Origin: Halarcobacter sp.
Lineage (GTDB): Bacteria; Campylobacterota; Campylobacteria; Campylobacterales; Arcobacteraceae
Reading direction: 5' to 3'
Length of the DNA stretch: 64,000 nucleotides
Assembly: GCA_048571215.1 (NCBI GenBank)
Contig: CP182352.1
Location: forward strand, 3,550,514-3,614,513
The position numbers and the translations under genes are program-made. Shown here one piece after another: positions 48,991 to 59,985 of the stretch. Position 1 is the first letter of the stretch. Every line of letters begins with the position of its first letter. The notes under the pieces were generated by a model, which ran no database searches, was not told where the DNA came from, and saw only the letters and a program-made list of their open reading frames with translations.

Positions 48991-51507
48991 AGCATTTATA
49001 ATCTCATCTTGTTTACTACAAAATCTTCCATTTTTTTCAATCAGGAATAAATCTTTTGCCATCCCTTTTATAGAACCAACTTTTGCACTTTCTATCTCTA
49101 TACTAAAGTCATCAAAAATTTGTGCAATATATGCAAAAAGAGCTTTTTGGTCTTTTGCTGTTACCTGCATAGAAGCTAAATAAGTTGTATGGTTACAATC
49201 AATAGATATATTCTCTTTTTTAATTATAGGTTTTTTTAAGTTTGCTTTTTTATCCATATCAAATGAGTTTTCAATTATATAAGAGATATGAAGTAAATCC
49301 TCTTCATCTATAATTGATTCTGAAAATTTAATTTCAAAAAACTTCTTCTCATCATATAGTTTAAAAATATTCATGGTAGAGATATTTAAAAACTCTAACC
49401 TTCCCAATAAATACCCTAAATTTAAAGGTTGTTTTCTAATGATTCTAATTATAAGTGTAGGTTCATTTTTTATTTCATAATCATAAGTTGAAATATCATT
49501 TGCTTTAATTGCAATATCCAAAATCTCTTTTGCTTTTTTTTGTAAGAAGATTTGATTAGATGCAATATAATGAATTTTCTTTTTCATTAAGTTAGATAAC
49601 TCTTTATATTGCTTAGATTTTTTAATTGTATTCATTTTAGCAATTCTTCTAGAGTTTTCATTTAATAAATTAACATTTTCAAATGCAGGTAGAGATTGTA
49701 AATAAAGTTGTCTCATAAGTGAGGCTGTTGAACTTTTATAAACACTATCCCCAACAGCTGAAATATCTGCATAAGTTACCACATATAACATTTTTAATGC
49801 CAGTTCAGACTTAATCAATGCGGTAAAAGATAAAATCACTTTTTCAGAATAGATATCTTCATGGGATGCAACTTTGCTCATCATATTATGGTATCTTACT
49901 AATAAAGCTCCTAATTGAATATCATTATATTCAAAATCAAGTGAAGTGGTAAGATTCTTAAATAGTTTCTCCCCAGATAAATGGTGGTCATTCACCCTTC
50001 CTTTACCAACATCGTGTAATAAACAAACCAATCTTACTAAAGCTCTTTGTTTTTCATCTAGTTCATCATATATCTCTTTTACATAAGGGTCTTTAATCTC
50101 TTGAAGTTTTTTCAAGGTTTTGATAGAGTGTACATCTACAGGATGTTGATGATATCCATCAAATTGAGGCTGATTTACTATTTTTTTTGCTATTGGAAGT
50201 ACAGATTGAAAAAGTCTTGCATTGTATATTAGTTTTATAATTGGGTATAAATTTTCTTTATAAAGTAAAGTTTTAATAAGTTTTTTTACATCTTTAGTGA
50301 GTTTACTTGGTAGTATTGTTTTACTTGCATAATATATATATGATCTATCAAAATATTGAACTTCATTGGGTAAATCTATAAGCTCTTGTAAAATCTCTAT
50401 AAGTTTTTTTGGTTTTGCACTAAATGAGGTATAAAGTTTGTTTTCAAAAATATATAGATTTTTTTTGTATCTATAGTTTTTGATTTCTAAAGGATGTTCT
50501 TTATTTGTTATAATTTGTCTTGTAAATTTTTTTATCATAACTGTTGAGAAAAAATGAACTCTATGTAAGGATTCTAATATTTTTGCCATACATTGTCTCT
50601 CTTTAGTCATTCTTGGTTTATGAACAAAACCAAGCTTAGAACTAAGTTCAGGCAAAATATCAAAATTTACCACATCAATTTTCTTTTTTGCTATATTATG
50701 TAGGGCACTTCTTACTTGAAAAATATATTCTAAAGAGGTTCTATATTTTTTGTATTCCTCATCGTTAAACTCTTTATCCATAAGTTGTTTAATATCAGAA
50801 ACTCCATAAATAACTGTAGCCATCCAAAATATCATATTGGATTCTCTCATTCCACCATAACCATCTTTAATATTTGGTTCCATTTTTAGAGGATATTTTA
50901 AAAGTCTTTGTTTATGCTCTTCTAGTTTTTCTAATACAAACTCTTTTTGATTTGTTTTTCTAATTTTTCTTAAAACATTTTGATAACTATACCAAAGGTG
51001 TTTTGAACCATAAATCATTCTTGATTCTAAAATTGAGCTTTTTATAGTTATATCCTCTTTTACAGAGTCTACTACCTCTTTTATTTCATGTACTCTTGAA
51101 CCAAGCTTCAATCCACAATCCCAAGCAAGAGTTATAAGCTCTTCAATAATAACTTTTAAATTATAACCTTTAATATCCTCATAAAGAATCATTAAATCAA
51201 CATCAGAATAGATACATAGTTGTTCTCTTCCATAACTTCCTAGTGCAATTAAAGTAATAGGTACAGATGTACTCATTGGTTGATAATCACCAAAATGTTT
51301 TCTTAACATATATTTGTATAATAGAATAATAAATTTGTCAGTCTCTTTTGTGTGTTTTACAAAAAAATCTTTTCCGCCAGTTGTTTCTACTGTAGTGTCA
51401 ATAGAATTTACATAGTCTTTAAAATATTTTTTAAAAACTTTTGAAATTTCAAAATCTGGTGCATTATTTGAAATTAAATCCTCAACGAGGATGTTTATTT
51501 CACTCAT
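48973..51507 (-). CDS. glnD: PII uridylyltransferase/uridylyl-removing enzyme
   Basis: ALGSYGR...SDVDL nucleotidyltransferase, EPNIKDGYGGMRE, HD domain LLHDVGKG, C-terminal ACT-like region; next to PII genes. Confidence 0.88.
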   Translation of the reverse strand: MSEINILVEDLISNNAPDFEISKVFKKYFKDYVNSIDTTVETTGGKDFFVKHTKETDKFIILLYKYMLRKHFGDYQPMSTSVPITLIALGSYGREQLCIYSDVDLMILYEDIKGYNLKVIIEELITLAWDCGLKLGSRVHEIKEVVDSVKEDITIKSSILESRMIYGSKHLWYSYQNVLRKIRKTNQKEFVLEKLEEHKQRLLKYPLKMEPNIKDGYGGMRESNMIFWMATVIYGVSDIKQLMDKEFNDEEYKKYRTSLEYIFQVRSALHNIAKKKIDVVNFDILPELSSKLGFVHKPRMTKERQCMAKILESLHRVHFFSTVMIKKFTRQIITNKEHPLEIKNYRYKKNLYIFENKLYTSFSAKPKKLIEILQELIDLPNEVQYFDRSYIYYASKTILPSKLTKDVKKLIKTLLYKENLYPIIKLIYNARLFQSVLPIAKKIVNQPQFDGYHQHPVDVHSIKTLKKLQEIKDPYVKEIYDELDEKQRALVRLVCLLHDVGKGRVNDHHLSGEKLFKNLTTSLDFEYNDIQLGALLVRYHNMMSKVASHEDIYSEKVILSFTALIKSELALKMLYVVTYADISAVGDSVYKSSTASLMRQLYLQSLPAFENVNLLNENSRRIAKMNTIKKSKQYKELSNLMKKKIHYIASNQIFLQKKAKEILDIAIKANDISTYDYEIKNEPTLIIRIIRKQPLNLGYLLGRLEFLNISTMNIFKLYDEKKFFEIKFSESIIDEEDLLHISYIIENSFDMDKKANLKKPIIKKENISIDCNHTTYLASMQVTAKDQKALFAYIAQIFDDFSIEIESAKVGSIKGMAKDLFLIEKNGRFCSKQDEIINALATDG

Positions 51508-52258
51508 TCAATAGTTCCTTATGTATATCCAATTTTTTTCGAAGTGTAATTCTGTTTAATCCTAAATGTTTTGCCATTTGAACTTGAGACTTATATTTTT
51601 TTGTAGCTGCTTTTAATAGAGGAACTTCAAGTAGATATAAAAAATCTTTATAAGAGTTTTCCCCCTCCATATTTGCAAACATATAGTTTTCCATAAACAT
51701 TAAAATTTCATCTTCACCAATAGTTTCAAAAAGGTATGAAAAGTATATAGACTTTCTTAAACTGTGGGCATTATTTGAGATATTTATCATAAGTTTAGAT
51801 GGTATAATTCTATCCAAGTCTAAAGTGTCACTTGCCTCTTTAGAGAATTTTTCTGTTAATGCCTTAACATCTTCATCTCTATCTCTTAAAGGTGGTAGCT
51901 CAATTGTAATAGAAAACATTTCAGATAATTTTGAATTTAATTCATCTTTTAAAGTTGTTGCTATTACTCTTATATTGTTTTCATTAATCCAAGTTGTAAG
52001 TAAATCTACATTTGTAATATTTTCAATTTTATCAATTATTATTGAACAATTTTGTAAGTTAATTATCCCATCACTTACATCTTGTTGTAGATTCTTTGCT
52101 TTAAAAACTGGAGCTTTTGGCACAATATATTGGGACAATGATTTTTTACCAACTCCAGCTTCGCCTGAAATCAATGCATTTACTTGCACACTTTGTAATA
52201 AGTGAGCAGAATTTAATATCTCTTTTGAATTTTTTGAAATTGCTATATATTCTTCCAT
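51500..52258 (-). CDS. Truncated NtrC-like regulator (degenerate AAA + Fis-type HTH, no receiver, no GAFTGA)
   Basis: ISGEAGVGKK, IRVIATT, LPPLRDRDED, AKHLGLNRITLRKKL. Confidence 0.8.
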   Translation of the reverse strand: MEEYIAISKNSKEILNSAHLLQSVQVNALISGEAGVGKKSLSQYIVPKAPVFKAKNLQQDVSDGIINLQNCSIIIDKIENITNVDLLTTWINENNIRVIATTLKDELNSKLSEMFSITIELPPLRDRDEDVKALTEKFSKEASDTLDLDRIIPSKLMINISNNAHSLRKSIYFSYLFETIGEDEILMFMENYMFANMEGENSYKDFLYLLEVPLLKAATKKYKSQVQMAKHLGLNRITLRKKLDIHKELLNE

Positions 52259-52278
52259 TTAATACCTTCTTTATTATA

Positions 52279-53142
52279 CTATATTTCTTTTTTGTTTAGA
52301 TAAATAAATATTGATAGAGCAATCAATATTAGTGATATTCCTGTAATTAGGTATAAAGCATTTATCATTTTATCATAATCATGTATGGCTATTTTAAATA
52401 CAACCATTAAACCTTCAATAGATAAGGCAATAATGATTGAGATTAAAAACTTAGTAATCATCTTTGTTTCAACTTTAGAGTTTTTGGAATAACTCTTAAA
52501 ATAAACCTCTTGTTCTAAAATAGTTTTTGCCAAGTCAAAGATGGCAACTCCCAAGGTTAGTGCAATAATTGGTTTAAATATTGTATCTAAATCAAATATT
52601 CCTTTAATTATAAAGGAGTGTGCAAAATCATAAAGTGAATAAAAAACTATAAAAATTGAAAGCAAAAACATAGAATACCCAGCAAGAGTATAAAAAGCTT
52701 TTGTTAATGTATGAAAAGGTTTATTAAGTTCTATTAAATGTAACCTTTCTAATAAAGTTTCTAATTTAAAATCAAAAAAGATTATATAGTTTCCCTCTTT
52801 TATAGAAACTGTAATGCAGTTGTTTCTAGTTGCATTGCTTATATAAGGGTTACTAAAAGCTGCACTTGAGTTTTCTTTAAAGTGTAGTTTTGAGATTAAA
52901 TATTCTCTTGTTTTATTTTGCGCACTTGCATCAACACCATTTCTAGTAAAATTTGGAGAAATTTGAAGTTTAGTGTCTTTATTTATTATATACACTAATT
53001 CCAATGATGGAAATAATTCAAAAACATCTTTAAATTTAAATTCTCTTAATCTCTTTATCTCACCCAAATTAAGAAGGCTCTCTTGTATAAAGTCTTCAAT
53101 TTTGTTTTGATTTTGAGAATATGCTTCTAAATATTCTTTCAT
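52279..53142 (-). CDS. Membrane protein with N-terminal PDC/Cache-like domain and four C-terminal TM helices (PsiE-like)
   Basis: SNPYISNAT...CITVS Cache-like strand; AIFDLAKTILEQE and ALSIEGLM hydrophobic C-terminus. Confidence 0.65.
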   Translation of the reverse strand: MKEYLEAYSQNQNKIEDFIQESLLNLGEIKRLREFKFKDVFELFPSLELVYIINKDTKLQISPNFTRNGVDASAQNKTREYLISKLHFKENSSAAFSNPYISNATRNNCITVSIKEGNYIIFFDFKLETLLERLHLIELNKPFHTLTKAFYTLAGYSMFLLSIFIVFYSLYDFAHSFIIKGIFDLDTIFKPIIALTLGVAIFDLAKTILEQEVYFKSYSKNSKVETKMITKFLISIIIALSIEGLMVVFKIAIHDYDKMINALYLITGISLILIALSIFIYLNKKEI

Positions 53143-53191
53143 ACTATTCTCCTAAATATGATTATTATATCATACAGTTGTTTAAATATTG

Positions 53192-53208
53192 TGTATATAT
53201 ATTATACA
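53192..53208. promoter_or_regulatory. Palindromic box TGTATA-N5-TATACA (NtrC-like), copy 1
   Basis: TGTATA-TATAT-TATACA upstream of the minus-strand sensor/regulator/glnD operon. Confidence 0.65.
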
Positions 53209-53338
53209 ATTATTTAAAAAGTGAGAAAATGTTCAAGAAATAAAAAAATGAAAAAAAAATATATTAAAAATAGATTTTTGAAAAAAAGCCAAAATAGTGG
53301 GCTTAGTTAAACAATTTTACATAAAATCAAATCAAGTG

Positions 53339-53355
53339 TGTATAAATATTATACA
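53339..53355. promoter_or_regulatory. Palindromic box TGTATA-N5-TATACA, copy 2
   Basis: TGTATA-AATAT-TATACA upstream of amtB. Confidence 0.65.
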
Positions 53356-53422
53356 AGTGGGGTGAATATTTACTTTTTAAATCTGATAAAATTCCAACAT
53401 AACATTTTTGTAAAGGAAAAAT

Positions 53423-54637
53423 ATGGAAAATTTTGCTGATGTAAAATATATTCTTGATGGATTTCTATTTTGTATAATGGGAGTCTTAGTAATGTGGATG
53501 GCTGCAGGTTTTGCAATGCTAGAGTCTGGTCTAACAAGATCAAAAAATAACGCGACGGTGTTAACAAAAAATATTGCATTGTTTGCAATCTCTTGTATTA
53601 TGTACTACTTTATTGGGTACAACGTAATGTATGGTGAGGGTTCATCTTTCATTGGAAGTTTTTCAACTATTAGTATGGTAACTGCACCTGATGCATCTTA
53701 TCCTGCTGCTGCTGATTTCTTCTTCCAAGTTGTATTCGTTGCAACTGCTGCATCTGTAATTTCAGGTTCAATTGCAGAAAGAATGAAATTATGGCCATTT
53801 TTAATATTTGTTGTAATATTAAGTGGTATTATTTATCCAATTCAAGGTCACTGGACATGGGGTGGAAGTGAATTAGGTGGAGTTATCGCTGGTTTCTCTG
53901 ACTTTGCTGGTTCAACTATTGTTCACTCTGTTGGTGGATGGGCTGCTTTAGCTGGTGTACTTATATTAGGAGCTAGAAAAGGTAAATATACTGCAGATGG
54001 TAAAGTTAAGCCAATCCCTGGTTCAAACTTAACATTAGCAACACTTGGTACATTCATTTTATGGATGGGTTGGTTTGGATTTAATGGTGGTTCACAATTA
54101 GCATTAGGTTCAAAAGGTGATATTGATGGTATTGCTTTAGTTATCGCTGATACTAATATGGCTGCTTGCGCAGGTGCTGTTATGGCTGCATTATTAACTC
54201 AACTTCTATACAAAAAAGTTGATTTAACTATGGTATTAAATGGTGCTTTAGCTGGTCTTGTTTCTTGTACAGCAGGTCCAGATTTAGGTATGATAGTTGC
54301 ATTTATTGAAGGTATCGTTGGTGGTGCATTAGTTATATTCGCAGTACCTTTCTTTGATAAGTTAAGAATTGATGATCCAGTTGGTGCTTTATCTGTTCAC
54401 TTAGTTGCTGGTATTTGGGGAACAATTGCAGTAGGTATCTTTAACCCTGATGTAACAATCTTAGCACAGTTAAAAGGTGTTGTAGTTATTGGTGCATTTG
54501 TATTCATTTCATCATTCATCGTATGGAAAATTTTAGACCTTGTGATGGGATTAAGAGTTGATGAAGAGACTGAGATTACTGGTCTTGACATTCATGAAAC
54601 AGGATTAGAGTGTTATCCAGAGTTCAAAAAAGCTTAA
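53423..54637 (+). CDS. amtB: Ammonium transporter
   Basis: GFAMLESG, DFAGSTIVH, WFGFNGGS, DDPVGALSVH. Confidence 0.95.
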   Translation: MENFADVKYILDGFLFCIMGVLVMWMAAGFAMLESGLTRSKNNATVLTKNIALFAISCIMYYFIGYNVMYGEGSSFIGSFSTISMVTAPDASYPAAADFFFQVVFVATAASVISGSIAERMKLWPFLIFVVILSGIIYPIQGHWTWGGSELGGVIAGFSDFAGSTIVHSVGGWAALAGVLILGARKGKYTADGKVKPIPGSNLTLATLGTFILWMGWFGFNGGSQLALGSKGDIDGIALVIADTNMAACAGAVMAALLTQLLYKKVDLTMVLNGALAGLVSCTAGPDLGMIVAFIEGIVGGALVIFAVPFFDKLRIDDPVGALSVHLVAGIWGTIAVGIFNPDVTILAQLKGVVVIGAFVFISSFIVWKILDLVMGLRVDEETEITGLDIHETGLECYPEFKKA

Positions 54638-54656
54638 TAAATAATAGAGGATTTAA

Positions 54657-54998
<342 letters not shown>

Positions 54999-55040
54999 GT
55001 TGGGGGAGATTTTTTCTCCTTCAATATAAAAATTATACAA

Positions 55041-55057
55041 TGTATATTTAATATACA
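55041..55057. promoter_or_regulatory. Palindromic box TGTATA-N5-TATACA, copy 3
   Basis: TGTATA-TTTAA-TATACA upstream of the second amt; an imperfect copy abuts it at 55023-55039. Confidence 0.65.
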
Positions 55058-55124
55058 GTTGAATACTATCTAAAACTCTCAAAAATCTATATAATTATCC
55101 ACATTTCAAAAGGTGAGGATAAAA

Positions 55125-56315
55125 ATGACCGATTTAAATTCAATCAACTACGTAATTGATACGTTTTTTGCAATATTTGCAATGACATTAATCATATTTA
55201 TGGTACCAGGTTTTGCTATGCTTGAAGCTGGACTTGTTAGAACAAAAAATGTTTCAGCAGTTCTTATGGTTAATACAATGATATATGCAGTAGCTTCTTT
55301 AGCATTTTTACTTGTAGGTTACTCTATTGCATTTGGTGATTTTGGAAGTGATTCTATGTCAAAATGGGCTGCATTTCTTTTTCAAATGGCATTTGTTGGA
55401 AAAGTAATCAATATTATGTCAGGTGGGGTTAGTGAGCGAGCAAAGGTGTTGCCATTAGCACTATTTACTGTAATTATGGCAGCAGTTATCTACCCTATAG
55501 TTGTAAACTGGTCATGGGGTTCAGATATGTTAGATGGTACATTTTTTGACATAAATATGTATGACTTGGCTGGTTCTACTGTGATTCATAGTACAGGTGG
55601 TTGGGCATTATTAGCTGCTATTTTAGTTATAGGAGCAAGACAAGGAAGATATACAAAAGAGGGTGGTGTAAAAGTAATACCAGCATCAAATATCCCTTTG
55701 GTTACCCTTGGAGCATTTTTATTATGGATAGGTTGGTTTGGATTTAATGGAGGTTCTGTAGGTTCTATTGCTTCAAAAGAGAGTGCTGATGCAGTTGCTC
55801 TTACAATTATGAATACAAATACAGCAGGACTTTCAGGAGCAATTGTTGTGGGTGCATTTATGTATTTGATGTATAAAAAACTTGATATTACTATGGTTTT
55901 AAATGGAGCTTTAGGTGGATTGGTTGCAATTACAGCAGGTCCTGATTTATATGATATCTATACTCCTATATTAATTGGTGCAATTGGTGGAGTATTGGTT
56001 GTATTTGGTGTAAGTTTTTTTGATAAATTAAGACTTGATGATCCAGTTGGTGCATTATCTGTACATTTATTAAATGGTATTTGGGGAACAATCGCTGTAG
56101 GAATATTTGCAAGTAATGGAGTGGATATTACACTTTTAGGTCAATTAAAAGGTGTGGTAATTGTTGGAGTGTTTGCCTTTACAGTTTCTTTTATTGTTTT
56201 ATTTATCATAAATAAAATTATGCCAATGAGAGCACAAAGAGATGAAGAATTGCAAGGTTTAGATGTTGATGAATGTGGGCTTGAAGCTTATCCTGAATTT
56301 AAACGAGCATTCTAA
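55125..56315 (+). CDS. Second ammonium transporter
   Basis: GFAMLEAG, DLAGSTVIH, WFGFNGGS, DDPVGALSVH; ATG at 55125 after GAGG. Confidence 0.93.
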   Translation: MTDLNSINYVIDTFFAIFAMTLIIFMVPGFAMLEAGLVRTKNVSAVLMVNTMIYAVASLAFLLVGYSIAFGDFGSDSMSKWAAFLFQMAFVGKVINIMSGGVSERAKVLPLALFTVIMAAVIYPIVVNWSWGSDMLDGTFFDINMYDLAGSTVIHSTGGWALLAAILVIGARQGRYTKEGGVKVIPASNIPLVTLGAFLLWIGWFGFNGGSVGSIASKESADAVALTIMNTNTAGLSGAIVVGAFMYLMYKKLDITMVLNGALGGLVAITAGPDLYDIYTPILIGAIGGVLVVFGVSFFDKLRLDDPVGALSVHLLNGIWGTIAVGIFASNGVDITLLGQLKGVVIVGVFAFTVSFIVLFIINKIMPMRAQRDEELQGLDVDECGLEAYPEFKRAF

Positions 56316-56380
56316 AACTATTTCACTTGTTAAAAAAACAATAGTAATTTTAAAAATATTTAGTTAAAATAATATAATAA

Positions 56381-56734
<354 letters not shown>

Positions 56735-56735
56735 A

Positions 56736-57752
56736 ATGCATTCTTTTTCTATAAATCAAGCTTTAGATATGCATCTTCATCTTCGTGATGAAGAGATGCT
56801 AAAGCTAGTAGCTCCATTAACATCAAATAGTTTTAGTGGGGCTTTAATTATGCCTAATTTAGTTCCACCTATAACTACAAAAGAGGCATTATTATCTTAT
56901 AAACAAAGAATAAAAGAGGCTACAAGTGGCGATAAGTTTGAAGCATATGTAACACTTTTTTTTCAAAACAATTATTCATATGAGTTTTTAGAAGATATAA
57001 AAGCTGATATTATTGCAATAAAACTTTATCCAGCTGGAATTACTACAAATTCCCAAACAGGTGTTTCTTCAATGGATGTAGAGGTTTTAAGATCTACTTT
57101 AGAAGCGATGAGTAAATTAAACATCCCTTTATGTATTCATGGTGAAACAAATGGTTTTGTGATGGATAGAGAAAAAGAGTTTATGCCTATATATGAGTCA
57201 ATAGCAAGTGCTTTCCCTAATTTGAAAATTATTATGGAGCATATTACAACTAAAGATGCGATTGAACTTTTAGATAAGTACGACAACCTTTATGCAACAG
57301 TTACTCTTCATCATTTGCTTATAACTTTAGATGATGTAGCTGGTGGTATGCTAAATCCACATCTATTTTGTAAACCAATTGCAAAAAGGCCAGAAGATAG
57401 AACTGCTTTATTAAATGCAGCTTTAAGTGCACATCCAAAACTTATGTTTGGAAGTGATTCTGCACCACATCCAAAACATAAAAAAGAGTGTTGTGGTTGT
57501 GCTGCTGGTGTATTTACTTCACCTATAGCATTGCAAGTTTTAACGCAAGTTTTTGATGAGCATAATTGTTTAGAAAATCTAAATAAATTTGTAAGTTTAA
57601 ATGCACAAAGTATATATGGGATTAATCCACCTACAAAAGAGATAAAACTGATAAAAAAAGAGTTTACTGTACCAACTTCTTATAAGTATAACAATGAAAT
57701 AGTAGTTCCAATGTATGCAGGTGAAAAACTATCTTGGAGTATAGAGGGATAA
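56736..57752 (+). CDS. pyrC: Dihydroorotase (homodimeric type)
   Basis: DMHLHLRD, MPNL, KLYPAGITTNS, HGE, MEHITT, GSDSAPH. Confidence 0.95.
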   Translation: MHSFSINQALDMHLHLRDEEMLKLVAPLTSNSFSGALIMPNLVPPITTKEALLSYKQRIKEATSGDKFEAYVTLFFQNNYSYEFLEDIKADIIAIKLYPAGITTNSQTGVSSMDVEVLRSTLEAMSKLNIPLCIHGETNGFVMDREKEFMPIYESIASAFPNLKIIMEHITTKDAIELLDKYDNLYATVTLHHLLITLDDVAGGMLNPHLFCKPIAKRPEDRTALLNAALSAHPKLMFGSDSAPHPKHKKECCGCAAGVFTSPIALQVLTQVFDEHNCLENLNKFVSLNAQSIYGINPPTKEIKLIKKEFTVPTSYKYNNEIVVPMYAGEKLSWSIEG

Positions 57753-57761
57753 ACTTATTCT

Positions 57762-58856
57762 TTATCTCTTTCTTTGGGCTAGAAGTCTTTTGATATTTTC
57801 ATTAGACTCTTTTGCTTTTATAATTCTTTCTTCTCTCATTTGTCTTAAGGCTTCTAAAGTCTCTTGTTTCTCATGATCAATATTAGACTTGATTTGTACA
57901 GCTTTTCTATTATTAGATATACCAGAAACAGTTAAGAATTTTTCAGTATTATTGATATATATCTTCGAAGAGGAAGAGGTTGCGTTTTTATTAAATACAA
58001 CTATATCATCATTTTGCAATTTTAAAAGATCAGCAACAGTTAGTTCTGTTTCTGCCATTATAGCTTCCATTTGCATTTTAGCACCAGAGATTAAAGTTGT
58101 AATATCTTTTTTCCTACTTGCTTTTTTATTTTTACCTTCACTAAAAATTCTTTCAACAATTTTATTAAGAAGTTGTTCTATATATGCAATAGGATAACAA
58201 ATAGATAAGAAACCTGATTCCTCATCAATGGTAATTTCCAATACAACAAGAAGCACAATCTCATGATCAGAGATGATTTGAATTGCATTGGCATTTGTAT
58301 CTCTTGATTCTATTTTAAAGTTAAGTGTTGTAACTTCATCCCAAGCTCTATATAGATGTTTGATAAACATTTTATAGAAGTGTTCAAAAATATTAACCTC
58401 AATCTCTGTTAGTTCTCTATCAAGGTTATCACTTGCTGCAACTGCACCAGAACCTAAAAGTTCAGCAATGATTTTATGGGAAATACCTGGGTTACACTCA
58501 ATAACTATTCTTCCATCTAAAGGTTTAATTGAAAGGGTATTTAATGAGGTTAATTGAGGGATAGATAAAATAAACTCCCCATAAGTCATCTGCTCAATTG
58601 AGTACAATTTTATATCAACAATTTTTCTAAGCATTGCTGAAAGGTCAGTAATCAAATCCCTTAACATCTTATCATGCAGTGTTGAAAATGCTTTAAACTG
58701 TTCATTTGAGATTCTATTAGGTTTTTTAAAGTCATAAATAGAGTAGTTTTTCTCTTTTGATATAACTTGTTCTTCAGCATTTACATCAATCTCTTCACCG
58801 GCTTCGGCTATATCTAAAAGTGCATCAATTTCATCTTGACTTAAAAATTCAGCCAT
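57762..58856 (-). CDS. fliM: Flagellar motor switch protein FliM
   Basis: LSQDEIDALL CheY-binding motif, YDFKKPNRIS, EQMTYGEF. Confidence 0.95.
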   Translation of the reverse strand: MAEFLSQDEIDALLDIAEAGEEIDVNAEEQVISKEKNYSIYDFKKPNRISNEQFKAFSTLHDKMLRDLITDLSAMLRKIVDIKLYSIEQMTYGEFILSIPQLTSLNTLSIKPLDGRIVIECNPGISHKIIAELLGSGAVAASDNLDRELTEIEVNIFEHFYKMFIKHLYRAWDEVTTLNFKIESRDTNANAIQIISDHEIVLLVVLEITIDEESGFLSICYPIAYIEQLLNKIVERIFSEGKNKKASRKKDITTLISGAKMQMEAIMAETELTVADLLKLQNDDIVVFNKNATSSSSKIYINNTEKFLTVSGISNNRKAVQIKSNIDHEKQETLEALRQMREERIIKAKESNENIKRLLAQRKR

Positions 58857-58857
58857 A

Positions 58858-59895
58858 TTATCCTCTTAATTCCAATTCAACATCTATAGCACCTAATTCT
58901 TTTATCATCTTAAGTGTGTCAATAATCTCAGTCATAGGTAATTTCATCACTTTCATGGCTCTTACTAAATCTGAAACAGTTGGTTGTTTAGAAGTACTCA
59001 TAAGTGTATTATCAATATTAACTGAAACAGGCTTGTTTTCTAATTTTACACCATCACCCAAATCTTTTGCTCCCTCTATTGAGTCAAATTGCATATTAGG
59101 TTTTTTAATCTTAATTGTAAAGCTATCTCTAGCTACTGTAACTGGACCTATTGGTATATCTGCACCAGTTACAATAGTTTCTCTATTTAAATCTATGATT
59201 ATTTTCTTTTTAAAAGTTGAGCTTAATTGTATAGATTGAACATCAGAGATAAATTTTACGATAGAGGTGTTTTGTGGCTTTCTAACTTCAACAGTTCTTG
59301 TGTCAGTAGCCATTGCTATTTTTTTACCAAAAAACTCATTTATTTTCTTTTCTACTAAATATGCTTGTTTTGCATCATTTTTAAATAAACTTAATCTTAT
59401 AGATTTTTCACCTTGTAAAGAGTAATCAACTTCATTTTCAATAGTTGCTCCCTCATATATAAATCCTGTAGTTGAATTTTTACTATCAGCTATTATTGAA
59501 CCTTGTGCTAGAGCATAAACTTGTCCATCAACAGCTTTTAGTTGTGTTAATAAAAGCTCCCCATGATCTATAGATTTAGCATCACCAATAGCAGAAATTT
59601 TTACTTTTATTTTATCCCCTTGCCTTGCAAAGGCTGGTAGGTCTGCTGTTACCATAACAGCAGCAATATTTTTTGATTTTATAGATGAAGCTGGAATCTT
59701 TATATACGAATTTCTTAAAAGGTTTTGTAAACTTTGCATCGTAAATTGTGATTTGTCTCCAGTTCCAGCTAATCCAACAACTAAACCATAACCAATAAGT
59801 TGATTGTCTCTTATTCCGACAATATTAGAGATATCTTTAATGGTTACAGCATACATGGAATGTAACATTACTAAAACAATGAATATAAATCTCAA
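58858..59895 (-). CDS. flgI: Flagellar P-ring protein
   Basis: IKDI...GIRDNQLIGYGLVVGLAGTGD, KNIAAVMVTA. Confidence 0.95.
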   Translation of the reverse strand: MRFIFIVLVMLHSMYAVTIKDISNIVGIRDNQLIGYGLVVGLAGTGDKSQFTMQSLQNLLRNSYIKIPASSIKSKNIAAVMVTADLPAFARQGDKIKVKISAIGDAKSIDHGELLLTQLKAVDGQVYALAQGSIIADSKNSTTGFIYEGATIENEVDYSLQGEKSIRLSLFKNDAKQAYLVEKKINEFFGKKIAMATDTRTVEVRKPQNTSIVKFISDVQSIQLSSTFKKKIIIDLNRETIVTGADIPIGPVTVARDSFTIKIKKPNMQFDSIEGAKDLGDGVKLENKPVSVNIDNTLMSTSKQPTVSDLVRAMKVMKLPMTEIIDTLKMIKELGAIDVELELRG

Positions 59896-59985
59896 TCTTA
59901 CACCTTATGCTAAAATGATTATATTTTATCAAAAATTATATAAAATAAAGGTATAATCTAAAAAAAATAATTTTAGGATTAATCT

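Noticed and set aside
51500..52258. Functional sigma54 enhancer-binding activator
   Set aside because: Lacks the GAFTGA loop, has a shortened AAA region and no receiver domain; I did not identify a -24/-12 promoter upstream of amtB.
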